From NCBI GenBank assembly GCA_038087875.1, contig CM075987.1:19904001-19968000 (forward strand): a DNA stretch of 64,000 bases, in the 5' to 3' direction. Each line of letters begins with the position of its first letter. Within the stretch, counting starts at the first letter, position 1. Source of the DNA: Malacoraja senta. Lineage: Eukaryota. The notes beneath the pieces are model-generated. The model was given only the letters and a program-made list of their open reading frames with translations, was not told the DNA's origin and did no database searches. The translations under genes were made by a program, and so were the position numbers. Shown here in pieces: positions 52,097-63,820 of this stretch.

Positions 52097-52237
52097 AGGC
52101 TGGAAGATTGCAACCTTCATGTGGTCCGCCCTGTTTCGACAAATGCAATCAACCCGGCGTGCACAATCAAATAAGATCAAATAGAACAAGTTGTCCAACA
52201 ACTTTAGGCTGTGCACACCATACGCAAGAAGAAGAAG
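52097..52237 (+). mobile_element. 141-bp retroposon 3' end with (AAG)n tail nested in Penelope
   Basis: Ends CCATACGCAAGAAGAAGAAG; flanked by AACTACCCCTCC and AACTCCTCCTCC; absent from the Penelope copy at 57735-58477. Confidence 0.7.
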
Positions 52238-52447
52238 AACTCCTCCTCCCATTCCCAATCTGAACTTTCTGTCCTGGGCCGCCTCCTTTGTTGGAGTGAG
52301 GCCCAACGCAAATTGGAGGAACAGCACCTCATATTTCGCTTGGGTAGTTTACACCCCAGCAGTTTGAACATTGACTTCTCTAACTTCGGATAGCCCTTGC
52401 TTTCTCTCTCCGTCCCCTCCCCATTCCCAGTTCTCCCACTAGTCTTA

Positions 52448-53014
52448 AGGGGCTGTCCCACTGCGGTGACCTAATTCGTGAGTTAAGAGTGTCTTCGACC
52501 TTCAAGCTCGAGAGAGGAAGGGAAAAGACAGCTGCACAGTGTATGGTAAGTCCTTTAGAGAGTGCGAGGGGGAGAGATGGAGAGAGAAGGGGGGGAGAAG
52601 GAGTGGAGACACTTTTAAGAAGTATAATAAAGTTTAGCGGGCATTTAACGTACCGGTTGGTTTTCCTTGGTCCTGAAAACTCCAATGAGCCAATCAAAAT
52701 GCCCGGTCAGCGAAGGAGATTGCCTACGGCTGCTCTCGACTGCCTGTAACTAAATAGCGACCCCACTACACTGCACTAAGAATTTAAAAAAAACATACCG
52801 ACCAAATTTTACTCACGGAAAAATGTTCAACATGCTGAAAGATTTTCCGCGACCTAGCTGAGGCCACGAGTATGCGGGAACTTCCCTCGAGCATGAAGGA
52901 GAGTTCCAGTGAACTCACAAGACCTAGGACCACGTGTCGACCATACTGCGAGTTTGAGTCGAGGGCAAACTCTTCTGAACTCGCGGATTAGGTCGCCGCA
53001 GGTGGACAGCCCCT
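52448..53014. mobile_element. Harbinger-type MITE nested in the Penelope 3' UTR
   Basis: AGGGGCTGTCCCACTGCGG TIR; TTA at 52445-52447 and 53015-53017. Confidence 0.88.
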
Positions 53015-53064
53015 TTACTGTCTCCGACTACATTCGATCTTTGTCCCGCCTCCTCCCCTGACAT

Positions 53065-53100
53065 CAGTCTGAAGAAGGGTCTCGACCCGAAATGTCACCC
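53065..53100 (+). ncRNA. Minimal type I hammerhead-ribozyme-like motif in the Penelope terminal repeat
   Basis: CTGAAGA-A-GGGT(CTCG)ACCC-GAAA-TG-TC: core boxes and stem II intact, ACGT palindrome changed to ATGT, stem I weak. Confidence 0.55.
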
Positions 53101-54269
53101 ATTCCTTTTCTCCAGCGATGCTGCCTCACCCGCTGAGTTACTCCAGCATTTTGTGTCTATGTTCATACAATTGACTGACCAACAATATGTTAACCATGGT
53201 CAAACAAAATTACCATATCAATGAAAATCTGCAATAAAAAACAGAAACTGCCACAAATACAGTAAAACTGATTCAGCCTCTAGCTCACCAGATGATGTTT
53301 GCCACACTCCCTTCTGACTCATGGGGAAAGTCTACGAATCCGGCATCACCAAGGTCCCAAGTTTGGTGGATTATGTGTATTACACTGTATTTGTTTATAT
53401 TGTTCTCAAGAAGTTGTATAAAGCCACCTGGAGGTTATTATAGTTTAATTCAAGGAGTTTGGTGCAAACCATGGAAACTGAGCATTTGTGCTTGTGGTTT
53501 ACAGCATTACATTTTTTCAGCAAAATATTGAATTTGTTACTTCCTGTTTATCCATTTTTTATGACATATCGCTTATTGATATGATAGTTCTGAATTCCTT
53601 TGTTACAGGTGCAAGAAATGTTCTGTAAATAGATTAACACTTGTGTCTAGGTGGTTCCTAAAGGTATATTCCAATATACTAAACTTATAAGAAGAAAGAT
53701 AATTCATTGAATTTTAAAACAAAAACAGAACATTCTGGAAATACTCAGCACGTCAGGCAACATGTGTGGGAAGAGAAACAAAATAAACCTTGTGTCAGAA
53801 CTGACTGTGGCTCTTTCTCTTATCACAGGTGTGGCCTGGTCCGTTGAGTATTTCCAGCATTTTCTGTTTTGTACTAGATTTCTAGCATCTGCAATTCTTT
53901 TTCCAATTTTCTCTGAACTTTGAACTGTTTATATTGCATTTCATGTCACAGCTAACACAGCTAATAACTGTAACCGTATATTTGATTGAAATTTTTTTGC
54001 AAATATGTTTGATATAGAAATGTTTTTAATGGTTTACAGATTTTCATCAGGATGTTGGTGACATGCACCAAAACTGCTGATTTTTGAAGAATGTAATCAT
54101 AGAGTGTATATCTAGCGCACTCTGCCTGTGATACCATGCACTGGTATCTCATGGTTCCATGAAAAATAAGAAGGCCTTGACTCTTGATAAACATGCAATG
54201 GTAGCTGCCAACACATGATGAATAAAATCTTACATTTTGCACTCTGATTTTTATTTCTCATCTTTGCAG

Positions 54270-54314
54270 GGCATGCCAGGAGAACCAGGGAAGAGGGGCA
54301 AGATGGGTAGGCCG
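54270..54314 (+). CDS. COL27A1: Collagen exon, 45 bp (GMPGEPGKRGKMGRP)
   Basis: tttctcatctttgcag acceptor, CCG|gtaaag donor; GKRGKMG matches recalled COL27A1. Confidence 0.92.
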
Positions 54315-56089
54315 GTAAAGATTTTCTCCATTTTTCTCAGCTGTTTATTATCTGATGTACAAAAGATCTAAGACAACAATTAAAATATAAAATAACATTT
54401 ACAGAATAAATTAAGAATGAAAGAAGGAAAATTGTACTGAGAAATTAATTATGGTTATTTTATGTCAATGTTCCATGACCTTTTAATATTTCAAAATCTA
54501 ATAATTTCTTCCTCAAGGTACAAAGTGTCAATTACTATGACTATTCTTATAATTCTAAGACAAGCTTCTCAGGTCAAATTAATGATGTAATTACAGTACC
54601 AAGTTAATTATATTGACTATGGGGCTGAACACTTTTAACATATGCAAACTTTTGGCACATATCCTTTATAAACGAAACTACGGGAGTTAGAGATAAGCTG
54701 ATATAAAACATGACTCTATAGTACTTTACAAAGCAGCCTTTGTAGGAATAAAACCCTAACAAGAAACCAAGAAATGTTATGAGTTCCGATTGTAAAGCTG
54801 TGCAAAGGCGCACTTGCATTTGCAAATATATATTTTTCTTGGATACGGAATATGGTAGAATGGGAATTCAGCTTCTGGAATGCAATGAATGGATCAGGAC
54901 TTTTACATAATAGGAATGGAATATTATACATCTGAGCTGTAGAATAGGAATTGAACATTGAAAGATGCTTTGTTCAAGTTTTTGTTTATATAGATTTGAA
55001 TTTAATGCAAAAAGTCATAAAATCTTAATTATGAGAATTGTCAATGATTATTTCCAGTTTCTAAACTGAAACATGCATTCCTTATTCATTTCATTCTTGA
55101 TGTGTTTCTAATCAAGATGAGCCCAGGTAAATTAAACAATATTGTTATCCAACATTAAATGTGTAATGGGGTGAAGTCACCTTGGGGATTAGTGCAAAAT
55201 TGCAACAGTGAATTGGCAGTCATTTGCTTTGCAAGAAAAACTGAGCAGGCTGCCAATACTTGAACAGCTTTATAACTAATTGACAAATTCAGCAACAGAA
55301 GACAACATCCATGGCTTTAAATAACTGCAGGCCACTGTTCTTCAATTAACAATTTGATTAATTATGTAAGCATCAAAAGAGATCTGTGATTTCAATTGTC
55401 TACTTGTCAATTGATTAATGTTGTATTCAGTTGATGACATGCTTGTGTGTTTAAGAATTTGGACAAAGTATAATGAAGCCTGCCCATTCCCACCAGAAGG
55501 CGCAAAAACAAGCAGTTCCAATTTGGGAACATGGTCAATTTTGTTGGCAGGGACTGATTTGGACAAAAGTTATTAACTTAACATAAATGCTTGTGGTTAC
55601 TCTGGGTGTAATATGATTAATACAATTAATATTTTGCAATATATTGCACTATTTGATTTCATTGCATCCAAAGCTATATCTTGAAACTGGTAGACTCTCG
55701 CACCTCTAGTTCCTATATTGGATCATTCTTTTGACTTATTCCCAATCCAACTTAGACTGCTTTCCGGAAAGTCACCACTATAGTGGGAACAGTGCATTCT
55801 TCCATTTCCCTTCATTGTTGAGCTTTGGTAGAGTACAAGGCACGGCTTAAGCTTCACCAACCAGGTGCAGGGAATGTACTCTGTGCTCCTTATGCTCATA
55901 TTTTGGTGCCTGATAAGCTCATGAAAAGGTTAAAACACAAAATACTGATGCAGGCAAATAAAACAACACAAGGGCCAAAAGTATTTTGAGCTTTATACAC
56001 CAGTAAGGTGCAAATTTACGAATGGTTCTGTAGGAGAAAGCAAAGACTAATAGCCAACTTAATCAAGACCCTTGATAAAAGATTCCGAA

Positions 56090-57175
56090 CGGTGGGCTGC
56101 TCTGTGAGGTTAAGATCGCTTGGGATCCAGGGAGTGCCAGCTAACTGGATACAGAATTGGCTTCATGGAAGGAAGGTGGTGGTGGAAGATTGTTTTTACA
56201 GATTGGAAGCCTGTGACCAGTGGTGTGCCTCAGAAATCGGTGCTGGGCACATTGCTATTTGTGGTTTATATCAACAATTAGAATGAGAATGTACAAGGCA
56301 TGATTAATAAGTTTTCAGATGATCCTAAAATTGGTGGTACAATTGAAGATGGTTATCAAATACGACGACAGGATCTTGATCAGCTAGGCTGAGGAATGAT
56401 GGAGTTTAATGCAGATAAGTGTGATGCATTGTAATTTGGAAAGTCAAACTAGGGCAGGATCTTCACAATGAATGGTATGGCCCTGGAAAGTGTTGTAGAG
56501 CAGATGGATCTAGGAGTACAGGTACATAGTTCCCTGAAAGTGTCGCACAGGAATATAGGGCTTCATTGGACTGTGTTCAGGGTATCGAGTATAACATTTG
56601 GGATGTTATGTTCCAGTTGTACAAGATGTTGGTGAGGCCGCATTTGGGTACTGTGTTCAATTTTGGTCACCCTGCTATAGGAAGGATGTCATTAGGCTGG
56701 AAAGAGTGCAGAGATTTATGTTGCCAGGGCTCGAAGCCCTGAGCTATAGAGAAAGGTTGGGCAGGCTAGGACTTTATTCCTTGGAGCGCAGGAGACTGAG
56801 AGGTGATCTTATAGAGATGTATAAAATCGTGAGGGGAATGGATAAGGTGAATGCAGATGTTTTCCCAGTATAGGGGAATCAAGAACCAGATTACTTGGAT
56901 TTAAGGTGAAATGGACAGGATTTAATAGGAACCTGAGGGGGATCTTTATCACTCAGAAGTTGGTAGGTAAATGGAATGGGCTGCCAGATGAGGTAACTGT
57001 GGCAAGTACTATAATAACATGTAAAAGACATGGACAGATACATGGATTTTTTAAAAAGGCTTGGAGGGATATGGGCCAAATGCAGGCAAATTGGACAAGC
57101 TTAGATGCGGCATCTTGGTCATCATGGATGAATTGACCGAAGGGCCTGCTTCCATGCTGTATGACCCTGTGACTA
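56090..57175 (+). mobile_element. Decayed CR1 LINE (RT to 3' UTR)
   Basis: ANWIQNWLHGRK, YCVQFWSPCYRKDVIRLERVQR, LERRRLRGDLIE. Confidence 0.85.
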
Positions 57176-57734
57176 GATAACTGGAGCTTTAATGATTTGG
57201 TCCCTTGCCTTTCAAGGTGAATATCAATTACTTGGAGTTAAATATGGAATCATGTTTTAGAAATTAGCAGAAGGAAGCAGTTTGGTTGAAAGTGAAGATG
57301 CAGCTGCAGGAAGACATTAATGGACAGATTAGGTCTATGTAAAAAGACCAAATGGATTTCAGTGTGGAGATTATGTGTGTCTGGTGGATAACAAAGCAAA
57401 GGAATACAAAATAAATGATAGGATACTTGGTTACAGGTAGTATCTCAGATATATAATTACTCAAACACAAGGAGATTTTGATGTCTTGAAATGCATTTTC
57501 ACAGTGAGAAGGTAGCAGGACAGACATACAAGGTGGCTAAGAATATAAAAAGGTTACTAGCTGATGTGCTTGGAGTGCTGATAGAAATGCTTAGAAAGAT
57601 AATTAGGGTACGGTTCAAGTGCTGTGTATCATTCTGGTCACCATGCTCCAAGAAGGATATATTTGGGTATCTGGCTTCCGAGTGTCTACTTTTAATTCTT
57701 TGGAAAATTCTAAGCTCAACACCTCTTTTTGTTT

Positions 57735-58477
57735 AGGAAGTAACTCATCCCTTCCCTCCCAAACCACCCCCTCCCCAGGTACTTTCCCCTGCAACCACAG
57801 GAGATGCATCACCTGTCCTTATACCTCCTCCCTTGACCCAGTCCAAGGACCGCAACATTCTTTTCAGGTGAAGCAGAGGTTCACTTGCACCTCCTCCAAC
57901 CTCATCTACTGTATCCGCTGTTCCAGGTGTGGACTCCTATATATCGGTGAGACCAAGCGCAGGTTCGGCGATTGTTTCGCTTAACACCTCCGCTCAGTCC
58001 GCCTAAACCTACCTGATCTCCCGGTTGCTCAACACTTGAACTCCCCCTCCCATTCCCACACTGACCTTTCTGTCCTGGGCCATCTCCATTGTCAGAGTGA
58101 GGCCCAGCGCAAATTGGAGGAACAATACCTCATATTTCGCTTGGGTAGCTTAGACCCCAGCAGTGTGACTATTGACCTCTAATTTCAAGTAACCCTTACT
58201 TTACCTGTCTCTCCATCCCTCCCCCTTCCAGTCTGACTGTCCTTGATTACATTTTATCTCTGTTTGCTTTGTTGTTTTCTTCTAGCTAACAATGATCTAT
58301 TCTACATTTTCCTTGATCTCCACCTCCTTTGATGTCTCGTTCTCACACCTTACACTTCCTTATCTCTGTATCTCACCCTCCCCTGATACTCAGTCTGAAG
58401 AAGGGTCTCGACCGGAAACGTCACCCATTCCTTCTCTCCAGCCTGTCCCGCTGACTTATACTGCCATTTTGTGTCTA
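57735..58477 (+). mobile_element. Penelope-like retroelement 3' part with perfect 14-bp TSD
   Basis: GIY-YIG peptide FTCTSSNLIYCIRCSRCGLLYIGETKRR; ACCTCTTTTTGTTT at 57721-57734 and 58478-58491. Confidence 0.92.
58391..58426 (+). ncRNA. Minimal hammerhead-ribozyme-like motif
   Basis: CTGAAGAAGGGTCTCGACCGGAAACGTC; one substitution at the base of stem II (58414). Confidence 0.5.
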
Positions 58478-58752
58478 ACCTCTTTTTGTTTCTCAAAGCT
58501 TCCACAGTATCCTTCAGTTACTACTTTCTGGTTTTGTTAAAACCTACCTCCTGATGTATGGCTTTTGTGGACTGATATCATTTTGAAAATAGTATGGAAA
58601 TGCATCCCGTAACCTTCTGCCTTTGTGTGCCAGATATCCATCTTCTTTACCATAATTTTACTTTCAAATTTTCTGATGCTTCACCATTGCTAATTCTGAT
58701 CAAGTTTGATGGTGATATTGGGACACAGTGACCAAAATCAGTAAATGCTTTA

Positions 58753-60015
58753 AGCCCCTGTCCCACTTTCATGACCTAATTCACGACCTCTGCTGAGTTT
58801 GCCCTTGACTCATACTCGCAGCAATTCGCCACGAGGTCGAAGGAGGTCTTAGGAGGTCTTCCTCGTGCTCGTGAGTGATCTCCGCGTATTCGTGGCATCA
58901 AGTAGGTCGCGGCGTTTTTTCTAACCTGAAAAAAAATGTCCACGAGTAAAAAAAAAAGGTTGGCATGGAAAAAATCGATACTTTTTACTCGTAGGTATGT
59001 CGTAGGTAGGTCGTAGTTGGTCGTGATGCTAGTCGTAGGTGGTCGGAGGCAGTCGAGGGTAATAGCTCTGGGGTGAAAAAAAGGTCAGTAGAAAAAAAAG
59101 GTTATTTAAACAGCAGAACTTCACCTCTGTCACTCCAAGGCATGTTCATTCATAGCTGGAGAGTTTTTTTGGAGAGGAGACTTGTATTTTAGAGATGGCA
59201 CCAAAAAGGCAGCAGCACAGGGGGAGGGCACAACCCTAAAAAAAAAATGGCCATGCAGGTGTTGCCCACCCAAGAGGAGGAGTGGCAGGAGGTGATGCTG
59301 CAGGAGGTGATAGTGCAGGAGGAGGTAGCCCTGCATGAGAGACCCCTGGAGGAGACCAGGGTGATAGTATATGTCCCCACCACCACCCCATCCTTCACTG
59401 CCTCATTTGAAGGCAGCAAAGCAGCCCTTTCTCCTGTGTCTGACACAGCATCACAGGCAGATGCCCCATTGGTGGTGAGGGAGGGCTGGAGGAAGGTTAT
59501 GCCCCATACCTTCACCAGGCAGCAGGAGGGGGACCTTGAGGAATGGTTCCAGCAGAATGCCATCCTGTACGGGAAATGAGGGATACAGGGACAGGGACAA
59601 GAATGGAATGCATGCCATCCACTGCCCCACATGTGTGCTTAAAGTTCCATCTTTTGTCAAAGCCCAGCGCCACTCTCTTCCAGTCATCTGGTGTACTGGG
59701 ACAGTCCATCATATCATCTCCATTCACCCATTGAGACCTCTTCTTGTGCTTCCTCTTCACCCTTGCTCTTCCCCTTCTGCCTTTCTTAAAAGGCTGCTGA
59801 AGCAAAAGGGCTACTGCAAACAGCAGTAAAACGTACATGGTCGAAGCCAGTCCTCAACATAGTCGAAGGAGGTCTTCTTCATAATCGTGGGAGGTCTTCA
59901 ACATAGTCGTAGGAGGTCGTAGACATAGTCGTGGAAGGTCATAGGTTACCGCGACCTTGATTTTTTTTTAGGTCGTCAGAGGTCGCAATTTAGGTCGTGA
60001 AAGTGGGACGGGGCT
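58753..60015. mobile_element. PIF/Harbinger internal-deletion derivative with remnants of both genes
   Basis: AGCCCCTGTCCCACTTTCATGACCTAA TIR; TTA at 58750-58752 and 60016-60018; minus-strand CPSTPDDWKRVALGFDKRWNFKHTCGAVDGMH; plus-strand FTRQQEGDLEEWFQQNAILY. Confidence 0.88.
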
Positions 60016-61931
60016 TTACTGCCTTTGCAATTAACTATTAATTGACTTCTGTTGAGACGGGGAAAATTGAGATCATTTGTGGTGATCTAATTTTTGCCCC
60101 ACAACTAAACACAAGTGGACATTATATCCAGAGCTTTCTGGTCAATGTACTTAGTGCTGTCTTTATACCTAGGCTTTCAGAGAAGCGATGATCCATTGTT
60201 TAATTGTTAGTTACTGTACAGTGAACTAGTGCCTTAATGTTCTGCTGACATAAGACTCAAATACTGTCATTTACAATAGTCAGTGGTAATGCACAGTTGA
60301 TAGGTATATCCGATTACTACACCAAAATGGCTAAATGCCTTTGTTTCTGACACTACAGAAATTATCTAATTGGTCATGAAAAACATTTCAAATTAAACAA
60401 ATTGTTAAAATCATCTGATTTCTTTAAAATACAATACACCACTTGTTACTTGTATTTTTTGTGTGAAGTGGACATTATTTATATGTAATCATGAACATTG
60501 AATATTAACTGATTGCTCCATCATATGGTACATCTCAGTTAAATGCAATTCAGTTCTTAACTAATGATTTAATTAATGAGAATAAGGTAGCTTTATTATT
60601 ATCTCTCTCTTTCTGTAAACCAAATCTTTTTGTCCTGGCACCAGCTTCGAACCAGCTTCATTAATACCCAAGGCGAGGCCAGGGATCAGAACTAGTATCT
60701 TCAGAAAGATGTGGCTACATACCACACAGTTTTGCCATCATTATAAAATGTCTGGAAACAGTTATTTGGCCTTCAGATCCTCAGTTAAGATGCCTTCTGC
60801 TCAAAATCATTGAACTTACTGTTAAACCATCAATAGTTTGCATGAATGGGTTCTTTTTTTTGTTCTTTAATGTAAGAATAAGATAAATTCATACATACAA
60901 TAACTTCTTTCTCCTACATATGTCTCTGGAGTTGGACATTATGCAGACATTTTCACTTCAAGGAGATATTGGCAGAAGTTTGTTTCGTTTATCCGCACAA
61001 GGAGCATTTTCAAACAGACCTTGAATTTGTTGTATAAATTTGGTCCTCACCCAGGGAGAATTCAATCCTATTTTTGGATGAAAATAAGACAGGTGGAAGA
61101 ATGCCAGTATTTCCTGGACTCTTTTCCTGGCAGCCGAATGTTACTCTTTCCTCTATTCGGCCTGTGCCACAGTGAATTAAATACCAAACAGGAAGAGGCA
61201 AAGATGGAATAATGAAAAAGCCATAAATGGAGGAGAGTATTAAAAATTGTATAAATAATTAGGTTGAAGCAAGTAACAAAAACATTAAAAGTTAAAAGTG
61301 ACATGAGAATATTTCATTCTGAGGAAGAAAATGCATTAAATATTGGGAAATTAATGAATTGGAAATTAAATTAAAGTCTTTAAATATTTAGCAAAGAATT
61401 TCCTTTGAAACGTACAAAGGTTTAATTTAGAGCCGAGTCCTTATTGCAATCCTAATCCAAGTATAGCAGAGAACAAAAACAAATATGAAATAAATATTGA
61501 GACCATCTGATTTACAGAAAATCAGATAACACCTCAAATAGAGATGTCATTTTGTGATTCTACACACAAAATGTGGTGCCACATTACATGGTGTGCAGAT
61601 TGGAGAATTAAGGATGACATCTAACTCGTGCTCCATTTGAATGTTGCTTTCATTCAGAATTCATAGAATTTCCCAAAAATGTATTTTGCTTTAAATAGAC
61701 TCGCGAATTGGGTATTTCCAGTTGTTTTCCATTTAGGCAAATATAATAATTTTCCATCACCTACAGTACATGATAAAAATAAATCAAGCAGACAAAGTCT
61801 TAGACATATTTTGTTGACTCCAATAATGATTATTAATTAATAAAATTGCAAATAAGTGTTTCTATTTAACAAACACATCTGCCTTACTAGATCTTGAAAG
61901 TACTGGCCACCCCAGTTTGTGAACATATAAA

Positions 61932-62213
61932 TTAAAGACTCCCCTACATATAAATGAGCTCCCATTACATTATTAAATTCAAAAATTCAATGTATATACA
62001 AATGATTGTTCCCACAAGCATCCCAGAACTAGTTTTTATTCACTCTCCACTTTACGTAATGGTTAGTTCTTACCAGTTTTGATGCCATTCATTACTGTAC
62101 AGTGGAAGTATGAGGTTACCATATTGAGTGATTGTGTAATTTTTCAAACTTACAAAATTGATTTACGAACGTTTGTAAAAATAGAACCCATTTGTAACTG
62201 GGGATGTTCTGTA
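61932..62213. mobile_element. Possible old pogo/Tigger-like MITE
   Basis: Right end AACCCATTTGTAACTGGGGATGTTCTG|TA resembles Tigger-type termini; the left end is only weakly complementary. Confidence 0.3.
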
Positions 62214-62564
62214 AAATCAATAACTTCCCAGACAATCTCCCCCAAATAGAGAGGGAAGCTGAAATCAAAACAGTAATGCTCAGAAGGTCAGATGTTATTT
62301 GTGGAGAGAAACAATTATAATTTCTGGTTAATAAACTTTCATTACAGCTGGAAATAAAGAGATAAATAGTTTTTAAGATGTATATCTTTTATTAACAGGA
62401 GAGTGAGTGGTCAGATAAAGGTTTAAAGATTCAAGTGCTATGGAAGATTTAAGGTGTTGGTTGGACTAAGCCAGTGGAGAAGTCAAGGCATTGGTTGAAT
62501 TGGCTATCATGGTAGTGTATGAGTGACAATAATGCTGAATATCAGTGCAGCAGAGTGATAGTTA

Positions 62565-62796
62565 AATGCCCCTGTCCCACTTAGGAAACCTGAAAGGAAA
62601 CATCTGGAGATTTTGCGCCCCACCCAAGGTTTCCGTGCGGTTCCCGGAGGTTTTTGTCAGTCTCCCTAATGGTCGAAAGTTGTTTCCGCTTCTTCTATGT
62701 TCCGGCGAAATAATCGGGAACCGCACGGAAACCTTGGGTGGGGTGCAAAGTCTCCAGAGGTTTCCGTTCAGGTTTCCTAAGTGGGACAGGGGCATT
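62565..62796. mobile_element. Hairpin MITE of the Harbinger-type TIR family (~230 bp)
   Basis: About 80-bp near-perfect inverted repeats starting ATGCCCCTGTCCCACTTAGG; exact TSD ambiguous. Confidence 0.85.
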
Positions 62797-63229
62797 ATAG
62801 GATCAGGGTCAGCCTGGGAGTCGGTGAGGGAGTTGGTTGAAAATTATTATGCAGTTTGTTGTAAGAGTTGGTCTATATACCAGTTTGGGTAAAAGCCAGG
62901 GCAGAGGTCATTGGGAAAGGGAGAGATTGGGATGAAGATTGATTGACTGGACATCAGATTTGAGGAGTTCAGGCTGAGATCAGTTTAGGACAGTAGTGTT
63001 GAAGGCAGTTGTTGGGGATATGGCCTGGAGATTAGTTGAGAACGGAGAGATAGGGGTTTGCGGTGCGAGTATTAGGTCATAGCATTAGAGGTAAGTCAAG
63101 CATGAATCTAGTGGTAATCACAGCCAGTAAGTCCAGTAAGTTCAGGATGGCAGACAGTAAAGTATTGAGGTACTGTTGGGATCAGTGCCTAGACCTCAGC
63201 TATTCATAATAGGTACCAATGACTTGGAT

Positions 63230-63820
63230 GTCGTACCAAATGCAACATTTTGAAGTTTGTCAATGATGCCAGATTGAATGGGATTAGGAATTGTGAGGAG
63301 AATGCAAAGAGGTGTTCAGATGACTTAAAATGAGCGAATGCGCAAAAACATGGCCGCCGTAGTATAACATGGACTAAGTGAGAAGTTACCCACTTTGAAA
63401 GGTAAAACAGAAAGGCCAAGTATTATTAAAGTGATGTAAATTGGAGAAGTGTTGATGTAAAACAGGATTACGGGTACCTTTTTACTCTGAACACTGAAAG
63501 CTAACATGCAGTAAAGCACACAGTTAAGCAGGCAAATGAAATGCAGACCTTCATCACAAGAGGATTTGAGTGCAAAAACCGTTGTGTCATGCTATATTCA
63601 TATAGCACATTGGTGAGATCACATTGGGAACATTGGGAGCTGGTTTGATCCTCTCACTTTAGAAGGAATACACTAGCTATACAGGGAATGCTGTGAAGAT
63701 ACAGCAGATTGAATCCTGGAATGGGGGCTGCTGTATGAAGACAGATTAAGTCAATCAGCTTTGTATTTACTCAATCGTAGAAGAATGAGAGAGGATCTAA
63801 TTGAATTTACACAATTCTTT
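63230..63820 (+). mobile_element. Very old CR1 fragment
   Basis: Degenerate match to the CR1 RT and C-terminal nucleotide pattern (aagtttgtcaatgatgcc, gttaagcaggcaaatgaaatg, agaagaatgagagaggatctaattg). Confidence 0.6.

Larger units (their letters stand above)
51562..53157 (+). mobile_element. Penelope-like retroelement, 5'-truncated, with inverted 5' segment and two nested insertions
   Basis: GIY-YIG peptide SSNLIYCIRCSRCQLLYIGETKRRLGDRFAEH (51914-52040) and C-terminal RKLEEQHLIFRLGSLHP..LNIDF; TSD TATGTTCTTACAATT (51547-51561) / TATGTTCATACAATT (53158-53172). Confidence 0.9.

Noticed and set aside
59247..59838. Domesticated HARBI1/NAIF1-like host gene
   Set aside because: Both frames are short stubs inside TIRs with a TTA duplication, so this is a transposon remnant.
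62562..62892. Near-identical peptides encoded on both strands
   Set aside because: Consequence of the 80-bp inverted repeats of the hairpin MITE.
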